A DNA stretch of 53,042 bases from Escherichia phage BEC1-17: sequence record MN158218; one strand, written 5' to 3'. The notes under the pieces are model-generated. The model worked only from the letters and a program-made list of their open reading frames with translations, ran no database searches and had not been told where the DNA came from. How positions within the stretch are numbered: position 1 is the first letter of the stretch; every line of letters begins with the position of its first letter. The position numbers and the translations under genes are program-made. Shown here piece after piece: positions 43,458 to 52,621 of this stretch.

Positions 43458-44906
43458 TTACCGTCCCATATTTATTTTGAGCTTGGTAGTATAACGGTTG
43501 ATGCCACGCAACACCATGTAACGACAATCATCGTATACGTGGTCTTCAGAGTTCGTGTCGACATCTTCCGTGTTGTTCTTGTCACGCGGCAGAACCGGCA
43601 ACGTGTTTATGGCTGCTGGACAGTTTTCCATGAAATAAATGCCCGGCTTTTCCGTTTCGTCCATCTTAACATTTTTCAGAAGCTGACGGAATAGCTCTAA
43701 GCCATTTATTCTCGAACCTTGTGACTTGTCGGCCTTGACCCAGGTTACGCCTTCGTCTTCCATTTTCTTCGCGATAGTCTCAACGTCTTTTTCCTTGCAC
43801 GCATAAATCTGACTATCCGCCGGACCAGGATTAACGTTGCTTTGAATCCAGCCACCAGCCTGCAGATTTTCCTGTAGGCGAAGAACACCTTGAGCGACTT
43901 CGGCAGCAGATAATTTAATACCCCTGTTAGCTTCTTTTTCAGAGCACCCATACCATTCAGCTATACGTATAATTGAACCACGCGGAATAAAGTACTCATT
44001 GCCTTCGTCGTCTGTAAGCGAGGCGCCATTTGCAATAGCCCAGATACCAACAGAGAACGGGTGAGTAGAACCCCAGTCGAGAGAACGTTCGATAGTCCAG
44101 CCTTTCGGAATACGCATACGAGGCAGAATACACTTGGTTGACCATACATCGTCGAGTGCACCACCTGCAACAATATCCCAGTCGCCTTCTTTCATCGCGG
44201 CAACAAGTGCCGGGTCACCAAGACCTTCAAGGCGGTCGCCGTAGTCAGGGTCGTTTTCCATCAACGTAGGGTTATCAGTCATCTTAGCCGGTATGTACTG
44301 ACGCGCCATACCGCCTTCGCGTTTTTCCTGCTTAACGATTTTCATAGGAGGAGCAGCAGTTACGAAAGTACGCTTAACCCAGTTGTGACCAACACCACCG
44401 GGGTTTGACCCACAAAAGATGAGTGGCAGAGGCCGGAAAAAGTTCTCAGGTACTTTGAGAGCACCGAGTCGGACACGGTTACGCAAGAAGCGGTACATCG
44501 TTTCTGTGAAGTGAGTAAGCTCATCCATCAGCAGAACGTGAATCTCCGCACCCTGGTAGGTATAAATATCTTTTTCATACTGGAGGTGACAGAGCTTGAT
44601 GTTCGCACCATTCCAGAATTTGATAGTGTTGCTCGAATAGTTAATCTTACACTTGCCAGCTTTGCACATACCATCCAGCAAGGCAGGATAACTTGTGGGG
44701 CCGACCATGTGGTTAGCCGTAAGGTCGTTATAGTTTCGGCGGAAAAGGTAAATCTGCAAGTCAGGTATCATGCAGCACATGATAATTGACATTACACGCA
44801 TAAGGTGAGACTTACCACCACCAGCAGCACCGCCGTACAGAATCTCAGTTGCCTGAGACCGCAGAGCGGCACCTTGTCTGTCATGCAGGTGAAAGTCAAG
44901 ATTCAT
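43458..44906 (-). CDS. terminase large subunit
   Basis: Walker A YGGAAGGGKSH, Walker B-like VLLMDELTHF, C-terminal nuclease-type acidic residues. Confidence 0.85.
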   Translation of the reverse strand: MNLDFHLHDRQGAALRSQATEILYGGAAGGGKSHLMRVMSIIMCCMIPDLQIYLFRRNYNDLTANHMVGPTSYPALLDGMCKAGKCKINYSSNTIKFWNGANIKLCHLQYEKDIYTYQGAEIHVLLMDELTHFTETMYRFLRNRVRLGALKVPENFFRPLPLIFCGSNPGGVGHNWVKRTFVTAAPPMKIVKQEKREGGMARQYIPAKMTDNPTLMENDPDYGDRLEGLGDPALVAAMKEGDWDIVAGGALDDVWSTKCILPRMRIPKGWTIERSLDWGSTHPFSVGIWAIANGASLTDDEGNEYFIPRGSIIRIAEWYGCSEKEANRGIKLSAAEVAQGVLRLQENLQAGGWIQSNVNPGPADSQIYACKEKDVETIAKKMEDEGVTWVKADKSQGSRINGLELFRQLLKNVKMDETEKPGIYFMENCPAAINTLPVLPRDKNNTEDVDTNSEDHVYDDCRYMVLRGINRYTTKLKINMGR

Positions 44907-44909
44907 TTA

Positions 44910-45200
44910 TTACTCTTCCCCAGTAGTATCTACCACTTTCTGGTCACCGATTGTAATGTTCAGGTTGACACCGTTGCCGGACAGGTTCTGGTCGATGTCT
45001 GCTTTGACAACGGATTCTTTCAGCTTAGGATACATGTACGGCATAACACCCAGTGCGCCATCCATCATTGCTTTGTAGTCGTCTTCACGTTCAGCAAGTA
45101 TGATAGCTCGTTGCATAACTTCCAACGGGTCCAGCTGGATACGTCGCATCGTGGCCAACAGCTCTTCTGTTGCCTCACGGGTTTTTTTCGGTTTTGCCAT
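44910..45200 (-). CDS. terminase small subunit candidate
   Basis: 96 aa immediately upstream of large terminase with GAGGA RBS; position only. Confidence 0.3.
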   Translation of the reverse strand: MAKPKKTREATEELLATMRRIQLDPLEVMQRAIILAEREDDYKAMMDGALGVMPYMYPKLKESVVKADIDQNLSGNGVNLNITIGDQKVVDTTGEE

Positions 45201-45377
45201 GGGTATCGTCCTCGTTAATCCGGATAGTCGGGATTATAACGAGTTACGCGGAGTAAGTAAACAGAATATAAAAATGGAGTGTCTAGAGAGGTGATGAGAA
45301 AGTCTACAGTAGAAAGGCGAATAAGTAGCTTATATAGATGAAGAACTAGCTTAGACGCCTTTATATTTATCCGGTTT

Positions 45378-45668
45378 TTAGGCCATTTCTACCAGAAACG
45401 GGAACCATTTACCTTCGAAGTAACCGCGTTCATCTACAAGAAAAGGCATTACCTCTTTTCCGTACTTAATAACGTTTTCGTCGGATATGGTTGTGATAGC
45501 GTTGTACAGGTGAGTGCACATCGGATGTTCGCTATGGCCTCCGTAATATGCAATCTGCCCGTTGTGGGTTACAGCAGGTTTGCCTGCTACGAATTCATCC
45601 CAGCTAAACGGCTTAGCTTCCGCCAAGCCGTTTACTTCAGGATGTTCGACCATATCGAACAGGTCCAT
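45378..45668 (-). CDS. hypothetical protein
   Basis: 96-aa ORF. Confidence 0.35.
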   Translation of the reverse strand: MDLFDMVEHPEVNGLAEAKPFSWDEFVAGKPAVTHNGQIAYYGGHSEHPMCTHLYNAITTISDENVIKYGKEVMPFLVDERGYFEGKWFPFLVEMA

Positions 45669-46396
45669 CAGATTACCCCTTCCATAGCATCCATATGCTT
45701 ACGGATAAAGTTAAGACGGTCTGCCAGGTCGTCTGCACGACGTTTTTCAGCGTCACGCTGGGCAATAAGCGCTTTACGCTCTTCGCTGAAAGCACGGTTG
45801 TTAGCAACAGCTGTACCATTAAGGCTACGAATCTCAGCCTCATATTCTTCAGCACGCTTGCTCATCAGTTGCTGCAGGTCCGTAATCTGCCGTTTATAGG
45901 CAGTGATAAGCTCAGACGCATCTTTATTGCAGCTTTCCAGCTTGCAGATATGCTCCTGCAGCATATGTACATGTGCCCAGCCTTTAGCAATTTCGCGAGC
46001 TGACATATCAGCTAACATACGGTCTGACATAGGAGCGCCAGCGTAGTTTGAGGCCTTGCACAAGTACCAGTTTAGCGCACTGCTAAACATCTCACCAGTA
46101 CGATATTCCAGCTCGTCGTTGAACTTTTTGGTTTCCAGCTGTTCACGAGTTTCATCATCCGGCAATGAAGAGGCCGCAATACTGATGCTGTGTGGACATC
46201 CTTCGACGTTAATTTCGATGCTGACGCCTTCAGTACCAGTCACTTCGTTATCTTCAATAGCACGTTTGGCCAGGCGCAGCAGGTCTTCACCTGACAGGTT
46301 CGGGTTAGTTGAACCCACAGTAACTGTCTTGTTGACGTCTCCTACGGTTGCTGACAGTGTGATTGTGCTATTGTATACTGGGCTCATTTGTTCCAC
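45668..46396 (-). CDS. hypothetical protein
   Basis: 242-aa ORF coupled to flanking genes. Confidence 0.4.
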   Translation of the reverse strand: MEQMSPVYNSTITLSATVGDVNKTVTVGSTNPNLSGEDLLRLAKRAIEDNEVTGTEGVSIEINVEGCPHSISIAASSLPDDETREQLETKKFNDELEYRTGEMFSSALNWYLCKASNYAGAPMSDRMLADMSAREIAKGWAHVHMLQEHICKLESCNKDASELITAYKRQITDLQQLMSKRAEEYEAEIRSLNGTAVANNRAFSEERKALIAQRDAEKRRADDLADRLNFIRKHMDAMEGVI

Positions 46397-46890
46397 TCCT
46401 TATTAATACGTTCGTTGATGTATTCGAGAACTGCTTCAGGACCATCTTCTTCAACAGTCCAGTCGTAAATGAAGAACTGCTTACTCATCATAACCAGCTC
46501 GTCAATGAGGTTGTCATACTGGTTGTATAACGCCTCAAGATTTTCCACAACACCAGGCATTTCGTCTTTTGTAGTTGCCAGTACCTTTTCAACAGGCGGC
46601 ATACAAAAGATAACGATGGCGTTGTCACACATATCTGCTACATGTGATACATTAATATTGATGACAGTCGTACGTTGAAGAACCAGGCAATAGATATACT
46701 CAGATATAACAGCGCTACGGTCATAAATGCAATTGCCTTCCAACGCGTTTTCTTTGGCCTGTTTAGCCATGACCGATTCGTGGTCTTTATCAACAGTATT
46801 ATGAATAACACTGCGGCCAGTACGAGATCTAAGGAACTCAATAAGTGTACTTTTACCAGCATTGTCGGGACCCTCGATTATGATGTTCAT
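46384..46890 (-). CDS. thymidylate-kinase-like dNMP kinase
   Basis: P-loop IEGPDNAGKST and DRS (DR-motif) typical of TMK-family kinases. Confidence 0.55.
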   Translation of the reverse strand: MNIIIEGPDNAGKSTLIEFLRSRTGRSVIHNTVDKDHESVMAKQAKENALEGNCIYDRSAVISEYIYCLVLQRTTVININVSHVADMCDNAIVIFCMPPVEKVLATTKDEMPGVVENLEALYNQYDNLIDELVMMSKQFFIYDWTVEEDGPEAVLEYINERINKEWNK

Positions 46891-47561
46891 TTGTGTAAAC
46901 TCCTGTAGCGTTGTATCAGCACTTGTTTGTTATCAACATATTCATCATTATAAGTAAAGTCGCTATCAATGTACATCATTAATTTGCTACAATCCATTAA
47001 AATATCACTTGGACCTGATTGCTTGATTGTACTGATAAACATGTTGTCGATACGGAGTAAGTCTTTTGCATGCTCTTCAAGGGCCGAAAGTATCAACTCG
47101 GCACCGCCTACAATCCAGACGTCAGTGCCTCTTGATTCAAGGTCTGCTGCCATCTCACCCAAATTATTGTAGCCTTCTGAAGCCATAATCTGACGAGATA
47201 CCGGCAGCAGTATTCTGTGGGCTGACATAGGCAGACTCATAGTCATATACGTGTTACGACCGGCTAACAATACACTATGCCCTACCATTTTTACCGTTAC
47301 ATCTGCTATCATGTTTCGCAACTGGTCATTTGGGAATTGTCCACGTAGTTGCTGATATGCATTATAGCCTGGTTCTGTCGCAACTGAATTAGTCATAGTC
47401 CTGAAAAAGAGCATGTCTGACGGACATTTCCAGGGGAGACCTGATTTAGGAAGCGCACGAACCTCTTCCATAGTCTTGCATGAGTCAACCTGATGCTTCA
47501 TAAACTCCGGAGATAACCCAAATTCCCCATTTTGGCCCATTGCAAAGATAATATTAATCAC
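46887..47561 (-). CDS. dihydrofolate reductase
   Basis: IIFAMGQNGEFG ... LPW ... LLAGRNTY ... WIVGGAELI matches DHFR motif order. Confidence 0.6.
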   Translation of the reverse strand: MINIIFAMGQNGEFGLSPEFMKHQVDSCKTMEEVRALPKSGLPWKCPSDMLFFRTMTNSVATEPGYNAYQQLRGQFPNDQLRNMIADVTVKMVGHSVLLAGRNTYMTMSLPMSAHRILLPVSRQIMASEGYNNLGEMAADLESRGTDVWIVGGAELILSALEEHAKDLLRIDNMFISTIKQSGPSDILMDCSKLMMYIDSDFTYNDEYVDNKQVLIQRYRSLHK

Positions 47562-48039
47562 CTAAAAAGCCCCCAGTAGTGTCAGTCAAAAGCGAGTTCA
47601 TAACGTCTTGTGGCAGTATCACAGGATGGTTACCTGTTTCGATTTTTGGCTTATGTTTTGGCGCTTTTTTGCGCTCCAGGTACTCATCATGGGCCTTACA
47701 AATGGCATTTACGATGAAATCATGCTGATATGCGTACCATTCATCGTTTTCTGGGTCGTATTTAAGGCCAACATAGTTCATCAGCGATGACATTACGTGA
47801 ATGCCTTCGTGGGAAATGGTGTTGTACTTCAGGTCGTCCGGGTGGTACAGTTCGACGACTATTAGCAGGTACGGATAATTAACGCGAGAGAACGTAAAAG
47901 TAGATGCATTACGCGTTTCCCGGTCATTCCAGTTGCCAAAATCAGGCAAATCCATCAGTTTTTGGAGCTCTTCGTGCTCTTTTTCGCTGCAAACGACAGC
48001 CAATTGAGGCGGATATGGCTCTAATTGAACAATTTTCAT
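47554..48039 (-). CDS. putative HExxH zinc metallopeptidase-like protein
   Basis: HEGIH motif in ~161-aa protein; start uncertain (GTG 48051 or ATG 48039). Confidence 0.35.
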   Translation of the reverse strand: MKIVQLEPYPPQLAVVCSEKEHEELQKLMDLPDFGNWNDRETRNASTFTFSRVNYPYLLIVVELYHPDDLKYNTISHEGIHVMSSLMNYVGLKYDPENDEWYAYQHDFIVNAICKAHDEYLERKKAPKHKPKIETGNHPVILPQDVMNSLLTDTTGGFLGD

Positions 48040-48269
48040 AATGTTACCCACAAGTAGGAGACCGTGAGGCCGTTTGATGATTCACATTAATGATAGCGCG
48101 TGGATGAGAGAAAGTACACCACTTTTTAGTGAGTGTCTACACAGTTCCCGAAAAATATAAAAATTTTTAGAGGGGCTTCACTTATTATTGTGTTAAGCAA
48201 AAGGTTAGCTCCTGTCGTATCAATCTGATGATGATTGGTACTGATAAGGAGAAAATAGAGAAAAAATAA

Positions 48270-48346
48270 AAAATTTTGCTGGCTCCTGGCAGGTAGCACC
48301 CTTGCGAAATTACCCCCCGCCGCACCTATTTCGATTGAAATGATTA
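48270..48346 (+). repeat. direct repeat copy R1 (~77 bp)
   Basis: shares GC(C/T)GGCTCCT ... GCACCC ... CCCCCGCCG ... GATTGA ... ATTAC blocks with R2. Confidence 0.7.
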
Positions 48347-48445
48347 CTCTGGTAACTATTGTGATTGATACAATTACCGTGTGAACTACTTCGGCCGTTA
48401 TAACACAAAGCGTCTATAATTCAGATTGAAATTATATTTTTATAA

Positions 48446-48522
48446 ATAATTTCGCCGGCTCCTTTAAGTGGCACCCCTACGTTACTATAACCCCCGCCGA
48501 CCATTTTGGATTGAGTAATTAC
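48446..48522 (+). repeat. direct repeat copy R2 (~77 bp)
   Basis: about 70 percent identical to R1, same orientation, 176 bp downstream. Confidence 0.7.
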
Positions 48523-48859
48523 ATGCGAAACTATATCAATTGCATACGAGAACCACTCTCAATCGCAAGTGATTATCATTTCTAAAAACTTGCATAAACT
48601 TGCAATTCTTTTATGTACAACATTGATTGACTGGCCTATAATTATTACATCAAGACGAATGATGAATGTGTCAAGCGTCTTGTCCGGCGCGCGTCGTCAA
48701 GATGCGCAAATAATAACTTTACCTGGTCGAATAGTACCAGACCGCTCTTTAACAATTTGGTAACATGTTTCTTGTTGATAGTAACGCTGGTAATAGTTTC
48801 AACTAGTGGCTATTGGAAGCAGTAGCCACGCCTGGAAACTAATAGCAGGAGTAACTATT

Positions 48860-49009
48860 ATGAAAGACAACTACACGCTTTGGTATGATTGTAATGAAGG
48901 GCTATGGTGTGTCAACATTAATAATGGACCAGTCCCAGACTTTGAATCAATGGACGTGGAAGATTGTGTTGATTTCATCCAGTCGCAAGTAGTCAAATAT
49001 CAAGGGTAA
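48860..49009 (+). CDS. hypothetical small protein
   Basis: ATG 48860 after AGGAG. Confidence 0.35.
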   Translation: MKDNYTLWYDCNEGLWCVNINNGPVPDFESMDVEDCVDFIQSQVVKYQG

Positions 49010-49023
49010 GAGGGTCATACAAG

Positions 49024-49203
49024 ATGAAAGATTTGAAACTGACTAAAAAAGAAGTTGAGTTATTGGTTGAATTTCTTGACATTTCAATATTTAATGAAAA
49101 GGAACTGCTGGAGGACTGGAAGGAGTCAATTGAAAACTTTGACCCTACTGACCAGGAAGAAAGAGTTGAGCTATTGACCAAAATACTTAACAAATTGAAG
49201 TGA
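49024..49203 (+). CDS. small protein, MKDLKLT-family paralog 1 (59 aa; below the ORF-track cut-off)
   Basis: own translation: MKDLKLTKKEVELLVEFLD...; RBS AAGAGGG. Confidence 0.4.
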   Translation: MKDLKLTKKEVELLVEFLDISIFNEKELLEDWKESIENFDPTDQEERVELLTKILNKLK

Positions 49204-49210
49204 TTTCAAT

Positions 49211-49237
49211 CATGACAGCTTGACAAAAGTTGTCATG
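49211..49237 (+). terminator. palindromic hairpin CATGACA...TGTCATG followed by TTTGG
   Basis: 7-bp outer arms and inner TGACAA/TTGTCA arms, 8 nt after stop codon. Confidence 0.35.
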
Positions 49238-49298
49238 TTTGGACTTACTTGCCAGGGATTGGCGCTTACCAAAATTCTATTGACGAGGATACATCAAA

Positions 49299-49865
49299 AT
49301 GACTGCTACTAACTACGTTTACCTGACTTCCGCCTTTTCTGTCGAGTCTGTAAAATCTGGTCTGACTACTGAAAGTCTTGGGACTATTGTAGTGCAGATG
49401 GATAGCCTGCAGTACTTTGCCAATAACCAGATCATTAAGATGATCAAGTCCCTTAATGATGAAAGTTCTGTAAGTGTCAAAGACTCAAAAGAAGTGCTGG
49501 TGAAAGCCCTATTTGATGAGCTTAACCAACTGGAAGTTGAAGAGGTCAAAGTTGCGGCATCACGTGCATCTGCAGGTGGCACCCGCAAAACTTCATCCGG
49601 TCCGTCAACCAAAGATACCTGCTATGCAGTATTCAAGGATTACAATTTGATGGACAAAGAAGATTCCAAATTGGCGCTGGCTGATGCCATGAAAGCCTGT
49701 GGGATGGAAGCGGATGATATTAGGGCAAAACGTGTTGTCCAATCATATATGTCATACTACCGTAATGATGTAAAATCTGGTAAAGTGACTGACGGCAAAT
49801 CAGTAACAGGCAAAAAACCTGAAGCTGAAGAAAAACCTGAAATTGAAGAACAAGAAACTGAGTAA
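49299..49865 (+). CDS. hypothetical protein
   Basis: 188-aa ORF. Confidence 0.45.
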   Translation: MTATNYVYLTSAFSVESVKSGLTTESLGTIVVQMDSLQYFANNQIIKMIKSLNDESSVSVKDSKEVLVKALFDELNQLEVEEVKVAASRASAGGTRKTSSGPSTKDTCYAVFKDYNLMDKEDSKLALADAMKACGMEADDIRAKRVVQSYMSYYRNDVKSGKVTDGKSVTGKKPEAEEKPEIEEQETE

Positions 49866-49929
49866 TTTTTGAGATGGCACTCAAGTAGTGCCATCAATTG
49901 AAATTATTCACAATCAACAGGAGAGAAAC

Positions 49930-50088
49930 ATGCTTAAAATCAAACTGACCAAAGACCAGGCGATGGCTTTGCGGGATATGATGATTGAGTTAGAGAAGAT
50001 GGGCACTTTTTCTGATAGTTCTCACACTTCAACTCTTGATTATATCGTTGAAACCATTGACGACAAATTTTCAGGTTCTGAGGAGTAA
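49930..50088 (+). CDS. small protein, MKDLKLT-family paralog 2
   Basis: MLKIKLTKDQAMALRDMMIELEK...; RBS AGGAGAGAAAC-ATG. Confidence 0.4.
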   Translation: MLKIKLTKDQAMALRDMMIELEKMGTFSDSSHTSTLDYIVETIDDKFSGSEE

Positions 50089-50093
50089 TCAAA

Positions 50094-50351
50094 ATGACTG
50101 ATATTGAGATGAAAAAAGAGCTGGACTTTTATGCTGAGCAGTATTGGGCTGAATGGGATGAAGGTTCACAAGAATTTGCGGAACTGGTGATAGATTCAGG
50201 AATTGATGAAGTGCGCCAACACGCCTACATCATCAACATGAATCTGGCGTCAATTATGGGTATCATCGCCAGCGAATTTTCTGATGGCGAGCGGGACCAT
50301 GAAGACGTTGTAAGACTGGCAAAAGTTATGGCTTGGGTGGATGCATTATGA
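50094..50351 (+). CDS. hypothetical protein
   Basis: 85-aa ORF; ATGA coupling with next gene. Confidence 0.4.
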   Translation: MTDIEMKKELDFYAEQYWAEWDEGSQEFAELVIDSGIDEVRQHAYIINMNLASIMGIIASEFSDGERDHEDVVRLAKVMAWVDAL

Positions 50352-50521
50352 AAGATCTGAAATTGACTGAAGACGAATTGGCGCACCTGATTGAATTACT
50401 GGAATCAAATGCCCAGATAGTCAAAGATCAAATATCTGATGCGGTTGGCGGTTCCAAAGAGTTTGATAACTTGATGGAAGATTTCCGGCTGACAATTCAG
50501 ATCGCAACAAAGTTAGTATAG
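50348..50521 (+). CDS. small protein, MKDLKLT-family paralog 3
   Basis: MKDLKLTEDELAHLIELLES... Confidence 0.4.
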   Translation: MKDLKLTEDELAHLIELLESNAQIVKDQISDAVGGSKEFDNLMEDFRLTIQIATKLV

Positions 50522-50589
50522 TTTCAACAATGAACTATCCAAAGTTGTGATAGTTCATGATTGAAATTATATCAATAGGAGAGAGAAAC

Positions 50590-50979
50590 ATGTACAGTGC
50601 AAAATGCGAAGATGGCACCTATACCGTATATCGTGATGGTGAAGTCATCAAAGTTCTGCCAAACGCCTTCAAGTTTGAGCAATTCATGACGGTGTTGTGG
50701 GAGAACCAGGAGATTAGTCGGGAAGACATTATTGACCTGATGAATCCTTTGATGGGGTACCATCCAATCCGCGAGTTTGACAGTCGTCCAACTTGGTACA
50801 AGCTGGAAGATGGCAAAGTCTGGGAACAAGCCTGGGACAGATTTGAAGGTGGTTACGGCCACTGGACAGTTTATGTCGATGGCGATGATGCCCAACGTTA
50901 CTGGGAGGCAATCAAAAATTGTGCGACCCGGGACGTGACTGATCCGGAATATGACGAGTCAAAATTTGAGGTCAAATGA
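50590..50979 (+). CDS. hypothetical protein
   Basis: ATG 50590 after AGGAGAGAGAAAC. Confidence 0.45.
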   Translation: MYSAKCEDGTYTVYRDGEVIKVLPNAFKFEQFMTVLWENQEISREDIIDLMNPLMGYHPIREFDSRPTWYKLEDGKVWEQAWDRFEGGYGHWTVYVDGDDAQRYWEAIKNCATRDVTDPEYDESKFEVK

Positions 50980-51179
50980 TGCCACTAGTCAAATTTACTA
51001 CGGTAGACCTTGCCAATGGATTGCCACCCAAAGCTGAACAAAAATTCTTGACAGTTGAGGAATGGAATATCTGGTGCCAGTCAGCTCTAAAAGCAGGGGC
51101 TAAACGCACCAATGGTGGAAAAGTGTTTACCCGCTTCAATAAAGAGTGTATAATAATAGTTCAGGTAATGATGGAGTGA
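50976..51179 (+). CDS. hypothetical protein
   Basis: 67-aa ORF coupled to upstream gene. Confidence 0.35.
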   Translation: MMPLVKFTTVDLANGLPPKAEQKFLTVEEWNIWCQSALKAGAKRTNGGKVFTRFNKECIIIVQVMME

Positions 51180-51356
51180 TTCAACAATGAGGATTTGCCA
51201 AAAGTCCTCATGATTGAATTAACCCACAAGTGGAGGCCTTTATGGTCCGCTGTAAACATGTTGTTGAGTATTCTGTTGTGAATCCTGCATATGCTGAAGG
51301 TCGGGCTATGAGGAAGCTGGTTGGGATCTTTCTGATAATTCTTATGGTATTGGCTT

Positions 51357-51602
51357 ATGTTTTCTAAGGATGATTTATATGACATTGCTCGACGTGTTAA
51401 TCAACGCGATTTATCTGGTATTACCGATCTTTTTTCTGCCGGCACTTCTGACGATGCGGTATTACGCGAAGCGGAGCGGCGCCAAGCAGAAATACAAAGA
51501 ACTGCAAGCTGCTGGAATTATCAACCCCCGAAAACTGTACCGTTAACCTGGGTTGACATGACAGTGTGGCTATTGAATAAACTTGGAATCAGGAGCAAAT
51601 AA
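51357..51602 (+). CDS. hypothetical protein
   Basis: 81-aa ORF. Confidence 0.35.
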   Translation: MFSKDDLYDIARRVNQRDLSGITDLFSAGTSDDAVLREAERRQAEIQRTASCWNYQPPKTVPLTWVDMTVWLLNKLGIRSK

Positions 51603-51781
51603 TGTTTAAATTCTTACAACGTAATCCGGTCAAAGGTGGCATGCAATACTGGGTGGACATCCATGGCGGTGAGTATATGATGATCGTCCGCGATGGTAAA
51701 CCTGCTGAAAGCTCTTTCGCTAAAGGTTGCAACGTTTACAACCAATTGTTTGAGTTCCTGGTTGAAGGTGATTACTTGTGA
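51602..51781 (+). CDS. hypothetical small protein (59 aa; below ORF-track cut-off)
   Basis: own translation MFKFLQRNPVKGGMQYWVDIHGG...; TAATG coupling; RBS AGGAG. Confidence 0.3.
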   Translation: MFKFLQRNPVKGGMQYWVDIHGGEYMMIVRDGKPAESSFAKGCNVYNQLFEFLVEGDYL

Positions 51782-51963
51782 TTGGCTTAATCCTGGTAAC
51801 ATGTGTGGCTACTCATGACTGTAGTTACGAAATTGTTGAATCCAAAACTGAATGGACTACCGTTGAACAATGTGCCGCCGATAGTCCATACACCTTACTG
51901 AATCTTGGTATTATCCCTGCCAAAAATCAGCGTGTTATTTGTGACGAGCTGAAACAAGATTAA
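51778..51963 (+). CDS. hypothetical small protein with hydrophobic N-terminus (GTG start)
   Basis: 61-aa ORF overlapping upstream stop. Confidence 0.25.
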   Translation: MIGLILVTCVATHDCSYEIVESKTEWTTVEQCAADSPYTLLNLGIIPAKNQRVICDELKQD

Positions 51964-52391
51964 TTGACGTGATATTGAGTGCCGGGCGCAACGTAATAGT
52001 TGTAGACCCGGCAAAATTGTTCCCATGTTAATTCTACTAGACCCACAAAGAGGCGGTTTGATGCCTCGTTAAAAGTCGTGCCACTTGGAAAGCAGTCAAT
52101 CACATCAGCCTTATTCATCACCACGGTAGGCTGTTTTCTTGGTAGTTCGTATATAAGCACCGGCATCTTGTTCTGGGCCTTTGCCGATGCCGCACACTGT
52201 CTCCACCATGTTCCGATAGACTTGGTATTGTGCTTCTTCAGTTCAACACTGAAAAACGGCACACCCAGCAAGTCATCCCCGCCATTAATAGACTGTTGAA
52301 GATTGCGCTCAACAGTTAATCCGAACGAGCTGTTAAACTTTTTAGCCATTTTACGCTCAAAGTTTTGGCCCTTCTTCCTAATATCAACCAT
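51960..52391 (-). CDS. possible PD-(D/E)XK-type nuclease
   Basis: GGDDLLGVPFFSVELKK fits D-x(n)-E-x-K pattern; basic N-terminus; weak. Confidence 0.3.
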   Translation of the reverse strand: MVDIRKKGQNFERKMAKKFNSSFGLTVERNLQQSINGGDDLLGVPFFSVELKKHNTKSIGTWWRQCAASAKAQNKMPVLIYELPRKQPTVVMNKADVIDCFPSGTTFNEASNRLFVGLVELTWEQFCRVYNYYVAPGTQYHVN

Positions 52392-52584
52392 TATCTGTTA
52401 TCTCCATAAGACGTGCAATTAATTTTTCAAAAGACACACCGTTCTCAGCCTGACGTTTCCAGGTAGTTCTCAACCGGCCAATCAATCGCGCTCTACCCTC
52501 ACCATTGGCTTGAGCATAAGCCCTCAATAAATCTACTTCATCAGCCAATAACAGTATTGCTTTCTTAACGTTTTCATTGTCCAA
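52384..52584 (-). CDS. hypothetical protein
   Basis: 66-aa ORF coupled to downstream gene. Confidence 0.3.
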   Translation of the reverse strand: MDNENVKKAILLLADEVDLLRAYAQANGEGRARLIGRLRTTWKRQAENGVSFEKLIARLMEITDNG

Positions 52585-52621
52585 TTATACAACCTCCAAA
52601 TATTTGTGTTTAATCATATTA

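Larger units (their letters stand above)
48052..48859. promoter_or_regulatory. 0.8-kb divergent intergenic control region containing direct repeats and palindromes
   Basis: no ORF of 60 aa or more; genes diverge on both sides. Confidence 0.5.

Noticed and set aside
48270-48522. Possible sigma54 promoters in repeats R1/R2
   Set aside because: R2 has TGGCAC but no correctly spaced TTGC, and R1 has TTGC but no GG at -24; neither satisfies the TGGCAC-N5-TTGC spacing.
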